Notes: generated by a model from the sequence alone, not told the origin. Counted from the first letter of the stretch, positions 31,832 through 42,581 are shown. The stretch: 64,000 nucleotides of DNA from Promethearchaeota archaeon (GCA_008080735.1 SHMW01000012.1:1-64000); one strand, 5' to 3'. Program-made: numbers and translations.

Positions 31832-32698
31832 TTATTTTCCGCAATTTTTAGATCTTTGTTCATTGATTTTTATAAAGGCTTCTTCTTGTTGATTTCTAAG
31901 CTTAGACTTAACATTTCTATTGACTTGACTAAGAAATTTATAAGCACTTTTTTTGCCATGATTTATATTATCAAAAAGCTCCTCCTTACCCACTCCTCCT
32001 GAAATAGTGAGAGCGGTTTGAAACGTTTGCTGTGGTTCAAGCGTTTTAAATTCGATCTGTAGCGCTGACAATATTTCCGCGGGTTTATCGTGTAAGGTGC
32101 TGGAAAGATCTAATTTATCTTGATCTATATGGAAATCATTAGTCAACACCGTCTCGTAATTTGTAGAGCGGGATATAGGAGAAAATCCCGCATAGAGTCC
32201 GGTTTTGTCATATTGATAAATGATATCGTGTTCCTTATCATAACCAGATAAATCATTGTCAAATCCTTGTAGCCCGTTGATATCAAAGTCGAATACGAAA
32301 TAGATATTAAAATCGATAAGATCATAATCAGAGATATTCTTGAAAGTGAAGAATGTATTTATGTAAGGTACCATTGGCTTTGAAAAGATATCTACATATA
32401 ATCGAATATACGGGTTTTCTTTCTTAAAGTTTAATGGTTCCAAGTCGCCTTGATCTATCAATTTTTTCAAATATTCTTGAATATCAAAATCTAAGGTAAT
32501 TCGGTCAATATGAGTGCCTTTTCTACTATTTACTAATTTATATATCGGGGTTGGCTCGATGTTTTTCAATATAACTGGAACAGTTCCAACTTTCTTACCA
32601 TGCATTTTGAAGCTAAACCATGGACCTGCATATTCTTGCTCAGTTAGATAAAGCAAATATTTTCCTTGGTAAGTCAGTTCCTTTAGCGAGAAGCCCAT
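31832..32698 (-). CDS. Hypothetical beta-rich protein
   Basis: 288-aa ORF; no recognised motif. Confidence 0.65.
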   Translation of the reverse strand: MGFSLKELTYQGKYLLYLTEQEYAGPWFSFKMHGKKVGTVPVILKNIEPTPIYKLVNSRKGTHIDRITLDFDIQEYLKKLIDQGDLEPLNFKKENPYIRLYVDIFSKPMVPYINTFFTFKNISDYDLIDFNIYFVFDFDINGLQGFDNDLSGYDKEHDIIYQYDKTGLYAGFSPISRSTNYETVLTNDFHIDQDKLDLSSTLHDKPAEILSALQIEFKTLEPQQTFQTALTISGGVGKEELFDNINHGKKSAYKFLSQVNRNVKSKLRNQQEEAFIKINEQRSKNCGK

Positions 32699-32909
32699 AA
32701 GGTATCCAGAAGTATTTCAAGTGGCGAGTACGTCGTTGAATGAGACTTTTAAAACTATTTTTTCTCAACCTCCATAATGTTAATTCATTACTATTAAATG
32801 ATTTATTCATAATAAAATTCTTAATTTTTTGAAAAATATAGATTGATCTGGTGGATAATGTGAAAATTCTAGTTAAGAATTAAAATTAGGATTTTTTAAA
32901 ATGGAAAGT

Positions 32910-33866
32910 CTAGATCCTTTCTAAAAATTTATACGCGATATAAGAAAAGGCATCATTCACATTTTCTCCTGTCTTTGCTGAAGTGATAATATAATTAAAA
33001 CCATGCTCATCTGCCGCGTTTCGTACATCCTCCTCGCTTATCACGATCTCATCGATCAGATCACTTTTATTGGCAACAATGATGATTGGGATACGAATTT
33101 TTACTGATTCTTTAATATCTTCAACCCATTTTTCTACGTTTTCTAAGGTTTCTTTTCGTGTTCGATCCACGACTATCATGGCACAATTCGCCCCTTCATA
33201 AAACCTTTTACGATATGGCGCAAGATTTTGCCCTCCCACATCCCAGATTATGAAATTAATCTTAGTCTTTTCACTTAAATCAACCACATGCTTTGTAATA
33301 TCGACACCAATCGTAGAAATATATTCATCCTTAAACTTGTTTTCGACAAATCGGCGAATTAAAGAAGTCTTGCCAACTTTCCAGTCTCCTGTTAAAATGA
33401 GCTTTGTTGAATATTCCCCCTCTGGGAGCTTCCCGCCTCTTGTTTGAGACAAAACTTTAATGATTTGAGGGATCTCTGTAGATACATTTTCCTTTCCTCC
33501 AATTAATAGTTCCGCCTTCCCTGCCACATGCTCGGAAAGCACTTTTAATTCAATATCTCCTGTATCTGGGTTAGCAAGCGTCGTGAGGATCGTTTTTTCT
33601 CCTTGTGAACAAAACGAAAACTTCTTATCACCCGTAGTGGTGATATTGAAAAATGAGCTCTCTGTTCCAAATTCTCTTTTGATTCGTTCAATATATTCAT
33701 CAAGGATGGCTGATAATACTCCAATAACGGTATCAGAGTTCTCTTGCGCTTCTTCTCTGGTCTCTGAAGCGATAATTAACCCATCCTTATCGACTAAAGC
33801 GACAGCGATGACTCCCTTCAAGCTATTCATATAATTATTTAATAAGGCATTGAGTTGCCGTTCCAT
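32910..33866 (-). CDS. Roadblock/LC7 domain fused to a Rab-like small GTPase (eukaryotic signature protein)
   Basis: N-terminal GVIAVALVDKDGLIIAS; G1 GDWKVGKTS, G2 YISTIGVD, G3 WDVGGQ, G4 NKSD, G5 SAK. Start is ATG 33866 or GTG 33875. Confidence 0.9.
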   Translation of the reverse strand: MERQLNALLNNYMNSLKGVIAVALVDKDGLIIASETREEAQENSDTVIGVLSAILDEYIERIKREFGTESSFFNITTTGDKKFSFCSQGEKTILTTLANPDTGDIELKVLSEHVAGKAELLIGGKENVSTEIPQIIKVLSQTRGGKLPEGEYSTKLILTGDWKVGKTSLIRRFVENKFKDEYISTIGVDITKHVVDLSEKTKINFIIWDVGGQNLAPYRKRFYEGANCAMIVVDRTRKETLENVEKWVEDIKESVKIRIPIIIVANKSDLIDEIVISEEDVRNAADEHGFNYIITSAKTGENVNDAFSYIAYKFLERI

Positions 33867-34038
33867 TCTTATCACAGATTTCTATTAACTCTTGTTATAA
33901 CTTTATTATTGAAATGATATTTAATAAAAATATCTATTTACTATTGTTAACTGCCTATCAAATAGGATACTTTTTTATGATTGTGGCAATATGATGATAA
34001 TACAACCTTTATTAATATCCCATACCTAACTAGAATGT

Positions 34039-34200
34039 ATGATAGGTTCATCACCTTCAAAATATGAAGATAATATCGCACAATTATTAGACCGTTCTAT
34101 TATACTATTCAGACGAGTTGGGAATGATGAGCTTGCCGATAAATGGGACCGCATTTTGAAAAATTATCATATGAGTTTAAGAGAAAAAAGGCAAGGTTAG
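34039..34200 (+). CDS. Putative 53-aa protein below the ORF-track cutoff
   Basis: MIGSSPSKYEDNIAQLLDRSIILFRRVGNDELADKWDRILKNYHMSLREKRQG*, in an otherwise empty 550-bp gap; AT-rich TATA-like sequence upstream. Confidence 0.45.
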   Translation: MIGSSPSKYEDNIAQLLDRSIILFRRVGNDELADKWDRILKNYHMSLREKRQG

Positions 34201-34428
34201 GAAAATCAGCAATTGCTAAATCTTTATAATAGAGTTTAGAGTTTGCCGCTTTTTCAACTTGATTGAATATTTTGGTCTTAATCTTTTAATTTAGGAGAAT
34301 AAATGTTTAAATCTCTTCCTTCAACAAAGTATTGAGCATGAACAAGGAAATTTGATTAAATAGAGAGCCTCATCGATTAGATTTCTTTCGCGCTTTTGAG
34401 AAATCCGAATAGATTACTTGAAAAATCA

Positions 34429-35367
34429 TCATCGATTAGATTTCATGGATAATTCATACGCCTTTTTTGTGAGCGTTTCATATATTTTTTCTATTACAAT
34501 CGCAAATGCTTTTGGATGTTCCAGATTTGGGGGAAGTCCCAGATTTTCTAACGTTTCTATTATTTTTCCCGGTTTTCGGAATTGGAAATCAATGTCCTCT
34601 AATTTGTCTTTTAATTGAGCCTTATCTCTAAATTCATTAATATTGATCATTGGAATATCAAAAGAGAACACTTTATCATTTTCCCGTTTTTCTTTTGTTA
34701 TTTCACTCTCCTTATTCTCAATGGGTCCAACCTCCTTTCCTAATTTAAGTTCGGATAAAAGCTCCTTCTTTGTTTTTCCCCTCAATTTTAAGAGTATTAA
34801 GGGTTTATAATCCACAACACGTGAGATATAGAGTATTGTTGCGGCGATATGTTTACAAGGAATCGCTTTATCGGGACAAGAACATGAAGCATTTAACCCT
34901 TCGGACACATCGGGATAAAGCGAGTAATTATACTTCTCGAAAATATCTATAATATTTTCTGATAATTTACCCTCTAATAAATTAATTAAATTTAGAATAG
35001 AATGAGAGAGCTCTTTAATGATACTTTTCCATCCCCCTTCGGGAATTTGCTTAAATTTAATTCTCACACGATAAGGGGTTGGTGCGGTTCCCTGGACCAT
35101 TGCGAAAATCTCTCCTTTGTTAATTCTTAAATTACTCAATCGCTCTTCATCCTCAGCGTACTGAATACCTCTTCTCATACGATAGGGACGTCCAATTTTG
35201 AGGATCGAATGGATCCACTGTTTTCCCCACGATGTTTTTGCATAATTCACTAAATCTCGCTTAATTTGCATAACTTCTTGGTGTTTCTTTTCTTTATCCA
35301 TCGCGTAATGCTTTTCTTTATCTGAACGTCTAAAATTCCTTCTTTCATTCATTTTTGATATCTTCAA
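34429..35367 (-). CDS. SWIM zinc-finger protein
   Basis: R..RG..YA, A.VQGT...PY.V, CSCPD...PCKHIAA, LRG. Confidence 0.9.
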   Translation of the reverse strand: MKISKMNERRNFRRSDKEKHYAMDKEKKHQEVMQIKRDLVNYAKTSWGKQWIHSILKIGRPYRMRRGIQYAEDEERLSNLRINKGEIFAMVQGTAPTPYRVRIKFKQIPEGGWKSIIKELSHSILNLINLLEGKLSENIIDIFEKYNYSLYPDVSEGLNASCSCPDKAIPCKHIAATILYISRVVDYKPLILLKLRGKTKKELLSELKLGKEVGPIENKESEITKEKRENDKVFSFDIPMININEFRDKAQLKDKLEDIDFQFRKPGKIIETLENLGLPPNLEHPKAFAIVIEKIYETLTKKAYELSMKSNR

Positions 35368-35370
35368 ATT

Positions 35371-38300
35371 TTATTTACTTATTGATATTAGATCTTTGAT
35401 TTTCTCATCGCTCAATTCTGATATCCATGATTCGCCGCTTGCAATTACCGCATCAGCTAATTCTTTTTTCTCTTGGATTAATTTATCAATCTTCTCTTCT
35501 ATCGTATCTATTGTTATGAATTTGTAAACATTAACGGGTTCAGTTTGTCCGATACGATATGCGCGATCCGTGGCCTGTCTCTCCACTGCAGGATTCCACC
35601 ATCTGTCAATATGGAATACAGTATTTGCTCCCGTGAGATTTAAACCCGTTCCACCCGCTTTTAGTGATAAGATTAGGATTGGTGGGCTTCCTATAGAGTC
35701 CGATTGAAAGCTCTCAACTATAGTTTTTCTTTTCTCTGCCGGAACGCTTCCGTGGAAATATAGAATTGGAAAGTCGTACTTATACTGTAGAATGGTTTCT
35801 AGAATGTCACCCATTTGAGTAAATTGCGTAAATATGATGGCTTTTTCATTTTTGTCTATGACTTCATCGAGCATATCCAGTAATCGTTCGAGCTTAGGAG
35901 ATTGAGATATAAAAGAATCATAATTTTCTTTCAAAATTTCATAAGTGAGTTTCTTGTGTAAATATTGATATGGGTGATTACAAATTTGTTTAAGTTTGGT
36001 AAGCATGCTCAATATCAAGATGCTTTTTCCTTGTTCTTTACTCTCTCCACTTTCAAATTTATTTAAAATATCGTTTACTAGCTCCTTATACAATTTTAGT
36101 TGCGTCTCACTCAGTTCTACATAAATTTTCATTTCATTCTTTTCAGGTAGATCTGATATGACAGATTTATCAGTTTTAACCCGCCGAAGAATGAAAGGAG
36201 AGATGATGGTCTTGAGCTTCTCAATTGCCTCCTTGTTATGGAAGCGCTCAATTGGGATGACAAACTCTTCCTGAAATTCTTTCCTGCTCCCCAGCAGCCC
36301 TGGATTCAAAAAGTTAAATAACGTCCAGAGTTCCATTAAACGATTTTCAATGGGAGTACCGCTCAAGCAGATGCGATATTGACTCTGCAGTTGGTAGATT
36401 GCTTGAGTTTGCTGGGCCTCGTAATTCTTCATATTTTGTGATTCATCTACTATAACGCCGCTAAACGGGAGTGTCTTTAATAGGTCAACATCGTTCCGTA
36501 TTGTTCCATAAGAAGTTAATATAATTTGATATTCTTGGAGATATGTGCCAATGTTTTTAGGATCTTTAATCCGATTTGGACCATGATGCATTTCAACCGC
36601 TAAATCCGGACCAAACTTGTTAATCTCTCGCTTCCAATTATATAATACAGAAGTAGGACAAATTACCAGAACACTATTTAATTCCTCTCCATAGTTCTGT
36701 TTGAAATGTTGCAGTAGTGCGATTATTTGAATAGTTTTTCCCAATCCCATATCATCCGCTAGACACAAACCAAAATTAAGCGCACACATGTTTGTCATCC
36801 ATGTTAATCCAGTTTTTTGATATGGTCGTAATTCTCCCTCGAAATTTTCTGGTTGTGATACTTCCTCAAAATTCTGTAATGATTTAATCCTTGAGACAAT
36901 TTCCTCGAAATGCCCTTCAATAACGACTTCATAGGTCGGACCAGTTTCATCCACTCCAACTTTTCCGGCTAAACCTAGCTTTATTGCTTCCATATAATTT
37001 ATCTGACCTTCGGGTTGAGACAGCTTTCTTTTTACATCTGAATTTTCAAAAATCTGCTTTAAGTTAGCAACATCTCGATTATCCAAAAGGATCCATTCTC
37101 CTCGCCAATTAATCAAAGATTGTTCGTTTTCTAATAATTCGTTTAATTCTTCTTTAGATAGTGTTTCATCTCCGAGTTCGACCTCCCATTTGTACTTAAT
37201 CATATCATTAATCTGGAACATAGACTTAGTAGAAGATGAGATTCCTTTGCGCTTTTTTTCCTTCTTAGAAGTAATCACCATCTTAGTGGAAAGTCTCTGC
37301 CTTCCCCCTTTCTTGAAAACATCGGGAAGTATGACATTAAATCCACTTTGTATCAATAAATCTTTCGGATAACCCAAAAAATTCATTACTTCTGAGGAGG
37401 AGAGTGCAATTGGTTTTGGATATGATCCATTTAAAGCTTGTCTACTTGGAGGGTAAATTTTCGAAATAGTTCCTAAACTTCTAAGAAGTATTTCGATAAA
37501 TTCCTCTTGTGAGTTAAAAGATTTTAAGAATTCCAATTCTTCACTTTTTTCTGACTCCCATAGCTCGGATAGAGTATATGATTTTCCACTTTTTTGAGAG
37601 TGCAGAATGGGTTGGAGTTGCCATTTTTCTTGATCCACATCGGGGTAATCTAACTTCAATCCTATTGTTAAACTATGTTTCAGAGTGGAAGTTTGAGCTA
37701 TGTTTACCCAGTTTTTTATCAATTTTGGAATGATTGTTTCATGAAACTGGGTTATGGAAAAGTCATTTTCATCTTTTAATAGACTTTTGAGGAACTTATA
37801 ATCCCAGCTTAAACCAAATTCTCTGCGTTTTTCTTTCATTTTATCTATATTATAAAACTGAGAAAGTTCGCGAAAATTCGACTTTTTTAACATGGATCGG
37901 ATTAATAAATCTCCAATCGTGTCAATATAATCCGAAAAAAGATAGGAAGGATGCCACAGATTTTCTGTATAAATATCTTTTAGTCCAGATTCGGAATTTC
38001 TAATAAAATTTCCGGGAATATTATATGCAAAATATGGTGCGTACTGTAAAATCTTTTGATAACGCTCGTGATCATAGTTGTCTTTGAGAATTAACCTCCA
38101 ATGACCTGTAAATTTCTTTTCTGTTCTTTTTTCTAAAATTGGAACAAAATTTCCTCTATTTAAGAGTTCAAAGATCAATTTTGTTATTAATGCCCAACTT
38201 CTAATCGAATCGGAATAATAAAATTCTAATTTTGAGTCATCTTTCTCGAAGATTTCCAATTGATTTAACATTTTTGAAGCGGGCAGTAATGGAAGTATTT

Positions 38301-38589
38301 TTGCATCTACTTTTCTTATTAGAAAGTGCCCTTCATTTTGAGTATTCTCCGAAATAAAAGCCAGATTGACTTGACAGCTAAGTAATTTATCTAATGGGAT
38401 CTCAGAGAAACATCGACCAATACTTTTTTCTAATTCTGTCACAGAATTGCCTTTTGATTGCCATAATATAAAAAAGCTTGCTTCAGATGGAATGTTTTTA
38501 CTTTTTTCGGTTAAAATAAATTCGCTCCTTTCGTCATTCCAATACTCTGATGGGATATAAGTCAATTGAAGTTCGTTGATATTATTCAT
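35371..38589 (-). CDS. SNF2-family helicase/ATPase
   Basis: LRPYQ..G, LADDMGLGKT, DESQ, LSGTPIEN, LRR.K, FTQF, SLKAGGTGLNL, WWNPAVE.QATDRAYRIGQ. Confidence 0.95.
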   Translation of the reverse strand: MNNINELQLTYIPSEYWNDERSEFILTEKSKNIPSEASFFILWQSKGNSVTELEKSIGRCFSEIPLDKLLSCQVNLAFISENTQNEGHFLIRKVDAKILPLLPASKMLNQLEIFEKDDSKLEFYYSDSIRSWALITKLIFELLNRGNFVPILEKRTEKKFTGHWRLILKDNYDHERYQKILQYAPYFAYNIPGNFIRNSESGLKDIYTENLWHPSYLFSDYIDTIGDLLIRSMLKKSNFRELSQFYNIDKMKEKRREFGLSWDYKFLKSLLKDENDFSITQFHETIIPKLIKNWVNIAQTSTLKHSLTIGLKLDYPDVDQEKWQLQPILHSQKSGKSYTLSELWESEKSEELEFLKSFNSQEEFIEILLRSLGTISKIYPPSRQALNGSYPKPIALSSSEVMNFLGYPKDLLIQSGFNVILPDVFKKGGRQRLSTKMVITSKKEKKRKGISSSTKSMFQINDMIKYKWEVELGDETLSKEELNELLENEQSLINWRGEWILLDNRDVANLKQIFENSDVKRKLSQPEGQINYMEAIKLGLAGKVGVDETGPTYEVVIEGHFEEIVSRIKSLQNFEEVSQPENFEGELRPYQKTGLTWMTNMCALNFGLCLADDMGLGKTIQIIALLQHFKQNYGEELNSVLVICPTSVLYNWKREINKFGPDLAVEMHHGPNRIKDPKNIGTYLQEYQIILTSYGTIRNDVDLLKTLPFSGVIVDESQNMKNYEAQQTQAIYQLQSQYRICLSGTPIENRLMELWTLFNFLNPGLLGSRKEFQEEFVIPIERFHNKEAIEKLKTIISPFILRRVKTDKSVISDLPEKNEMKIYVELSETQLKLYKELVNDILNKFESGESKEQGKSILILSMLTKLKQICNHPYQYLHKKLTYEILKENYDSFISQSPKLERLLDMLDEVIDKNEKAIIFTQFTQMGDILETILQYKYDFPILYFHGSVPAEKRKTIVESFQSDSIGSPPILILSLKAGGTGLNLTGANTVFHIDRWWNPAVERQATDRAYRIGQTEPVNVYKFITIDTIEEKIDKLIQEKKELADAVIASGESWISELSDEKIKDLISISK

Positions 38590-38657
38590 GGATTTGGCTC
38601 CAAGAGGTAATATTTAACTATTAATATAATATTCGGAATATCATTATAAAGGTTATT

Positions 38658-39245
38658 CTAAAGCGAACCTTTGGTTGATGGAATTTCATCTGAAACTATT
38701 TTTTTTGCTTTTTTTATAGCTCTTGCCAACGATTTAAATGCGGCTTCCACTTTATGGTGTTGATCCATCCCATAAAGGATATGAAGATGTAAATTCATTT
38801 TTGCGTTTTCTGCGAAAGAATTGAAAAAATGATATACGTCTTCTACTGCTACGTCTTCAATATCACATTCATTTAGTTGGAGATCCAAATCTAAAGCTTT
38901 ACGCCCACTGAAGTCAATTACACATCTTGCTAAAGATTCGTCCATTGGAACAAATGCAGTACCATATCGGTTTAATCCCTTTTTATCTCCTAAAGCTTTA
39001 AGAATGCCCTGTCCAAGACTGATTCCTATATCTTCTATTATGTGATGAGTTAAATCTCCATCTGCTTTAACTTTTAAATCTATCTGAGAATGCTTTGCCA
39101 AAAGAGTGAGCATATGGTCCATAAAATTATAACTTGTATCAATCTCACTTTCTCCCGAACCATCAAGGTTCAGCTCTATTACAACTTGGGTCTCTTTTGT
39201 TTCCCTATTAATTTGAGCAGTTCGATCCATTTTTTTCGCGTCCAT
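38658..39245 (-). CDS. hisB: Imidazoleglycerol-phosphate dehydratase
   Basis: RETKET, DHML, HHIIED, PMDE, HHKVEA.FK, PSTKG.L. Confidence 0.96.
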   Translation of the reverse strand: MDAKKMDRTAQINRETKETQVVIELNLDGSGESEIDTSYNFMDHMLTLLAKHSQIDLKVKADGDLTHHIIEDIGISLGQGILKALGDKKGLNRYGTAFVPMDESLARCVIDFSGRKALDLDLQLNECDIEDVAVEDVYHFFNSFAENAKMNLHLHILYGMDQHHKVEAAFKSLARAIKKAKKIVSDEIPSTKGSL

Positions 39246-39439
39246 AAAGATAATAATTATACTATCTATAATTCTTTATGATTTTTATCGGTTTTTTATT
39301 TTAATAGATATATTAACTCAAATCTTATGAACTTATATTATCTTCTATCTAATTTTATTTTCCAAAAAACTCCATTATCCGATTTTACTAAGCCTATTAT
39401 TCATTCTTAAAACAAAATCTCTTCTATAAAAGTGTTGGA

Positions 39440-40588
39440 TTATCTGGTATAGTCTTTTATTACTTCTGAAATCATTTCGAGTTTTCGGATATTCCCATTT
39501 GGAGGAAATTCATCAGAAACTCCTAATATTAATCGAGGGAAGAATAGATCGAGAACTTTTTTGGTAAAATCTAAGACTTGTTTATCAGAATATTCATTCA
39601 AGAATAAAATTGAGGGGATCCCATCAAGTAAAATTTTCGATCCAATAGAATCTCTTAGCTCTTCCAAAGTAACATCCCCTTGAGGCTTAGCAGTTAAGGC
39701 TTCCAGTCCATCAAACGGAAGATCTTCTAGAAAAGGCAATAAATCTTTTAGAGAACCGTCCATATGAATATGGCTCATTATTCCTGCCTTATGTAGCTCT
39801 TTTACTCTTTTATTATAATATGGAACTAGATATTTTTTGAAATATGGAGGCGGAGAAAGATTTGCGTCAAGGTTTTCCCCAAAATTTATTATCTTCAACG
39901 GGCTTTTATTGACCACATCAAAAATCTGATCATTCCAAGAATCAATAAAATTCATAAATTCTTCAATCTCTTTAGGATGTTTCCTTAAAAGCAAAATCGT
40001 ATTGACGAATCCTATATAATCAACGACTAACCGCATATAGGGGGATCGGGGGATATATTCGCTTATAACTCCGCTATCTCCCATCATTTCTTTTGCTTTC
40101 TCATAATTTTTATGATTAAACTGAAACGTGGAATTATCCAGAACTATTTTCATAATCTCAATGTCATCCAAGGATTTAATTGGATATTCTTGGATATGAA
40201 AATGCTTTATTCTACTGGTAAGCTCTCCTTTAGGTGTTTTGAATATTTTAATGATTTCATTTCTATCTTTCCCTCGTTTGTTTTGGATTTCAACACCCGC
40301 GTCAGACTCTATAATTGTGTCGAAGAGTGAAATAAAATAGGTCTCGAAGACATATCTTGGACTAGCATTAAGCATATCATAGATTTCTTGTTGCGATTTT
40401 CCATCATAATTCTCTGGGACGTGTTTCTTTTGACCACCCTTTTTACTCTTAAAAAACACTTTATTTTCATTATACCAATAATAAATACGAGGGCTAAATA
40501 CGATTTGATCAATTTTTTTACCTGAAAAAGTATTTAAAATTCTTTCTTTCGGACTTTTAGTCATAAGCAATAAATTTCTTTTGATCAT
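39440..40588 (-). CDS. Uroporphyrinogen decarboxylase/MtaA-like family protein
   Basis: TPKG.L, SP..F.KY..PYY, HIHMDG, ILG.SDE.PP. Confidence 0.75.
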   Translation of the reverse strand: MIKRNLLLMTKSPKERILNTFSGKKIDQIVFSPRIYYWYNENKVFFKSKKGGQKKHVPENYDGKSQQEIYDMLNASPRYVFETYFISLFDTIIESDAGVEIQNKRGKDRNEIIKIFKTPKGELTSRIKHFHIQEYPIKSLDDIEIMKIVLDNSTFQFNHKNYEKAKEMMGDSGVISEYIPRSPYMRLVVDYIGFVNTILLLRKHPKEIEEFMNFIDSWNDQIFDVVNKSPLKIINFGENLDANLSPPPYFKKYLVPYYNKRVKELHKAGIMSHIHMDGSLKDLLPFLEDLPFDGLEALTAKPQGDVTLEELRDSIGSKILLDGIPSILFLNEYSDKQVLDFTKKVLDLFFPRLILGVSDEFPPNGNIRKLEMISEVIKDYTR

Positions 40589-40652
40589 TATTGATAATTA
40601 ATAAATTTTGAAAAATAGTTATCCAAAAAATAGTTTTTGTTTTCAAATAGAT

Positions 40653-42581
40653 CTATTCTATTGCTCTACTAATATATCTTAAGTGCCGATCTTTGATACC
40701 ATAAAGAGAATAAACTAATCCATTAATTTTTTGTTGCCGTAAAGTCTGATTGGGCTTTTCCCGAGCAGGATTTAATAGAATTTGGATATTTTTACTTATA
40801 TCTTGGGCAATCGTTCTTTCAAATCTATTTTCGGCTATCTTGATAGGTAGGGATTTTATTTTTTCAATTAAAATACGCGGAAATAACTGCTTATACGACC
40901 CAAACGACTTCAAAAAATAATAAGATAAAAGAGAGGAATTTATTAATCCAAGCAGATAAAAATTGTTAAATTCGGGCAGGGGGGACCTCAGAATCTTTAG
41001 ATTATAGAAGCTTTGAGAGCATAAGGAGATATTAGGATCGTAGGCGGCACAAATAAGTCCATCTTGGCTAATTTGACGTATAATAATCCTCGCTTTATAA
41101 TTATCAAGATTTTTATACTGGATTCCTTTTTTTGTGATATTTATATTGGAATATTCGGTAATTCTATAACGTTTCATCGAATAAATATAGGGCAAATATT
41201 CAGATTTTTGTGCAGGTTTTGGAATCGAGTCTAAAATAATGCTCTCGATTGAATCGTCGCTAAATTTGGAACCGCAATCACTACAGACGGGTTTCTTAGT
41301 AGGTATTGGATAATATTTGTCGCAATTTCGACAATAAAAGATCTTTCCTTCCTTCGTAAGCTCAACTCCTCTATTTAACATTATCTCAAAATCTTCTTTT
41401 GAGTTAAGGATTTCAAGAGAAGCAAAATTAGAATTTAAATAGTCTATAATCTCAATATCCTTCTGATTTAAATTGATTAGGTATCGATAATTCCATTTTT
41501 GTAATTGGCTCTGGGGCAAAATATTAGTTTTTTCCCCCGCATCATTATGGAAATTAACCTCAATGGAATTGTTTTGTCTATTCTTCGAATTTTCTTCTCT
41601 TCTAAGAATTAGGATAAGATTTGAAACTATGCTATTTTCAAATTGGGAGCCAACAATATGAATCTTTTTGATTTCCGAAGTGTGGTAGATAAATTTCCTA
41701 ATTACATGTCTGTTTGAAAGAGCTAATAATGAATCTGGAATAATATAACCCAATTTTCCACCATCTCGTAAATATTTGATCCCTAGTTCTAAAAAAATTT
41801 GGTAATAATCATATTGTCCTGTGTTGGTCTCGAAATTATTAGACTGAATAATGTTTTTATGCTTTTGCGGAATATCTCTAATAAATAGGTAAGGAGGATT
41901 TCCAACTACATACTCAAATTTCCTTGGAATTTCAACAAAATAATTATCAGTTATTAATCTGAGACTATTCAAGTTATAAACTTTAAATTGTGGGGGTGTG
42001 AAATCATTCAAATATGTTAACATCTGCCTATATAACTCAAATAATTGTAAATGGAAATTTATTTGGGCTAAAATACAGGCGGTGGGATTTATATCAATTC
42101 CATAAATATTTTCTTTTATATCTTGAATAATCAGTTTTGTCTCTTCCAAACTTAACTCTGAAATTGCTTTTTTGTTGAAACGTTTCATATAAAAAGCGAT
42201 TTTTCTTTGTATTGCAGTTATTAGAAAACTTCCTGAACCGCAACTTAGGTCTATTATTTTTTGATTTTCTATATTACTGTTCGGATGGAATCCACACTCA
42301 TCTAAAATAAATTCGACAAGTTTTTGAGGGGTATAGATTTCACCTTGCTTTTTTCTTTTAGAATACGAAACTTCTTTCTTGTAGATTATCCCAATATCGT
42401 GAGGCTCATCATCTATGACTAATTTGGTTTCAGATGAATATAGATACTCTATAATTCTTTCAATGAGCGGGATATTTGCTTGATAATCCTTTATATTGGA
42501 GGATTTTCGATAATTTCGAATGATTTTAGGGATAATATCTTCCTCACATAAGTAAATAATTGCTTCGCGTATATTCATCAT
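40653..42581 (-). CDS. N6-adenine DNA methyltransferase (TaqI/Eco57I-like, gamma type), orphan
   Basis: GEIYTP, DLSCGSGSF (motif I), GIDIN, VVGNPPY (motif IV), TaqI_C-like YLLGLINS.L tail. Confidence 0.88.
   Translation of the reverse strand: MMNIREAIIYLCEEDIIPKIIRNYRKSSNIKDYQANIPLIERIIEYLYSSETKLVIDDEPHDIGIIYKKEVSYSKRKKQGEIYTPQKLVEFILDECGFHPNSNIENQKIIDLSCGSGSFLITAIQRKIAFYMKRFNKKAISELSLEETKLIIQDIKENIYGIDINPTACILAQINFHLQLFELYRQMLTYLNDFTPPQFKVYNLNSLRLITDNYFVEIPRKFEYVVGNPPYLFIRDIPQKHKNIIQSNNFETNTGQYDYYQIFLELGIKYLRDGGKLGYIIPDSLLALSNRHVIRKFIYHTSEIKKIHIVGSQFENSIVSNLILILRREENSKNRQNNSIEVNFHNDAGEKTNILPQSQLQKWNYRYLINLNQKDIEIIDYLNSNFASLEILNSKEDFEIMLNRGVELTKEGKIFYCRNCDKYYPIPTKKPVCSDCGSKFSDDSIESIILDSIPKPAQKSEYLPYIYSMKRYRITEYSNINITKKGIQYKNLDNYKARIIIRQISQDGLICAAYDPNISLCSQSFYNLKILRSPLPEFNNFYLLGLINSSLLSYYFLKSFGSYKQLFPRILIEKIKSLPIKIAENRFERTIAQDISKNIQILLNPAREKPNQTLRQQKINGLVYSLYGIKDRHLRYISRAIE

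Noticed and set aside
39246-39440. His-rich leader peptide upstream of hisB, by analogy with cimA
   Set aside because: No His-codon-rich uORF found on the minus strand.
34429-42581. Defence island (SNF2/SWIM + MTase)
   Set aside because: Interrupted by hisB and a UroD-family gene, with no nuclease or other defence genes; no support for a single system.
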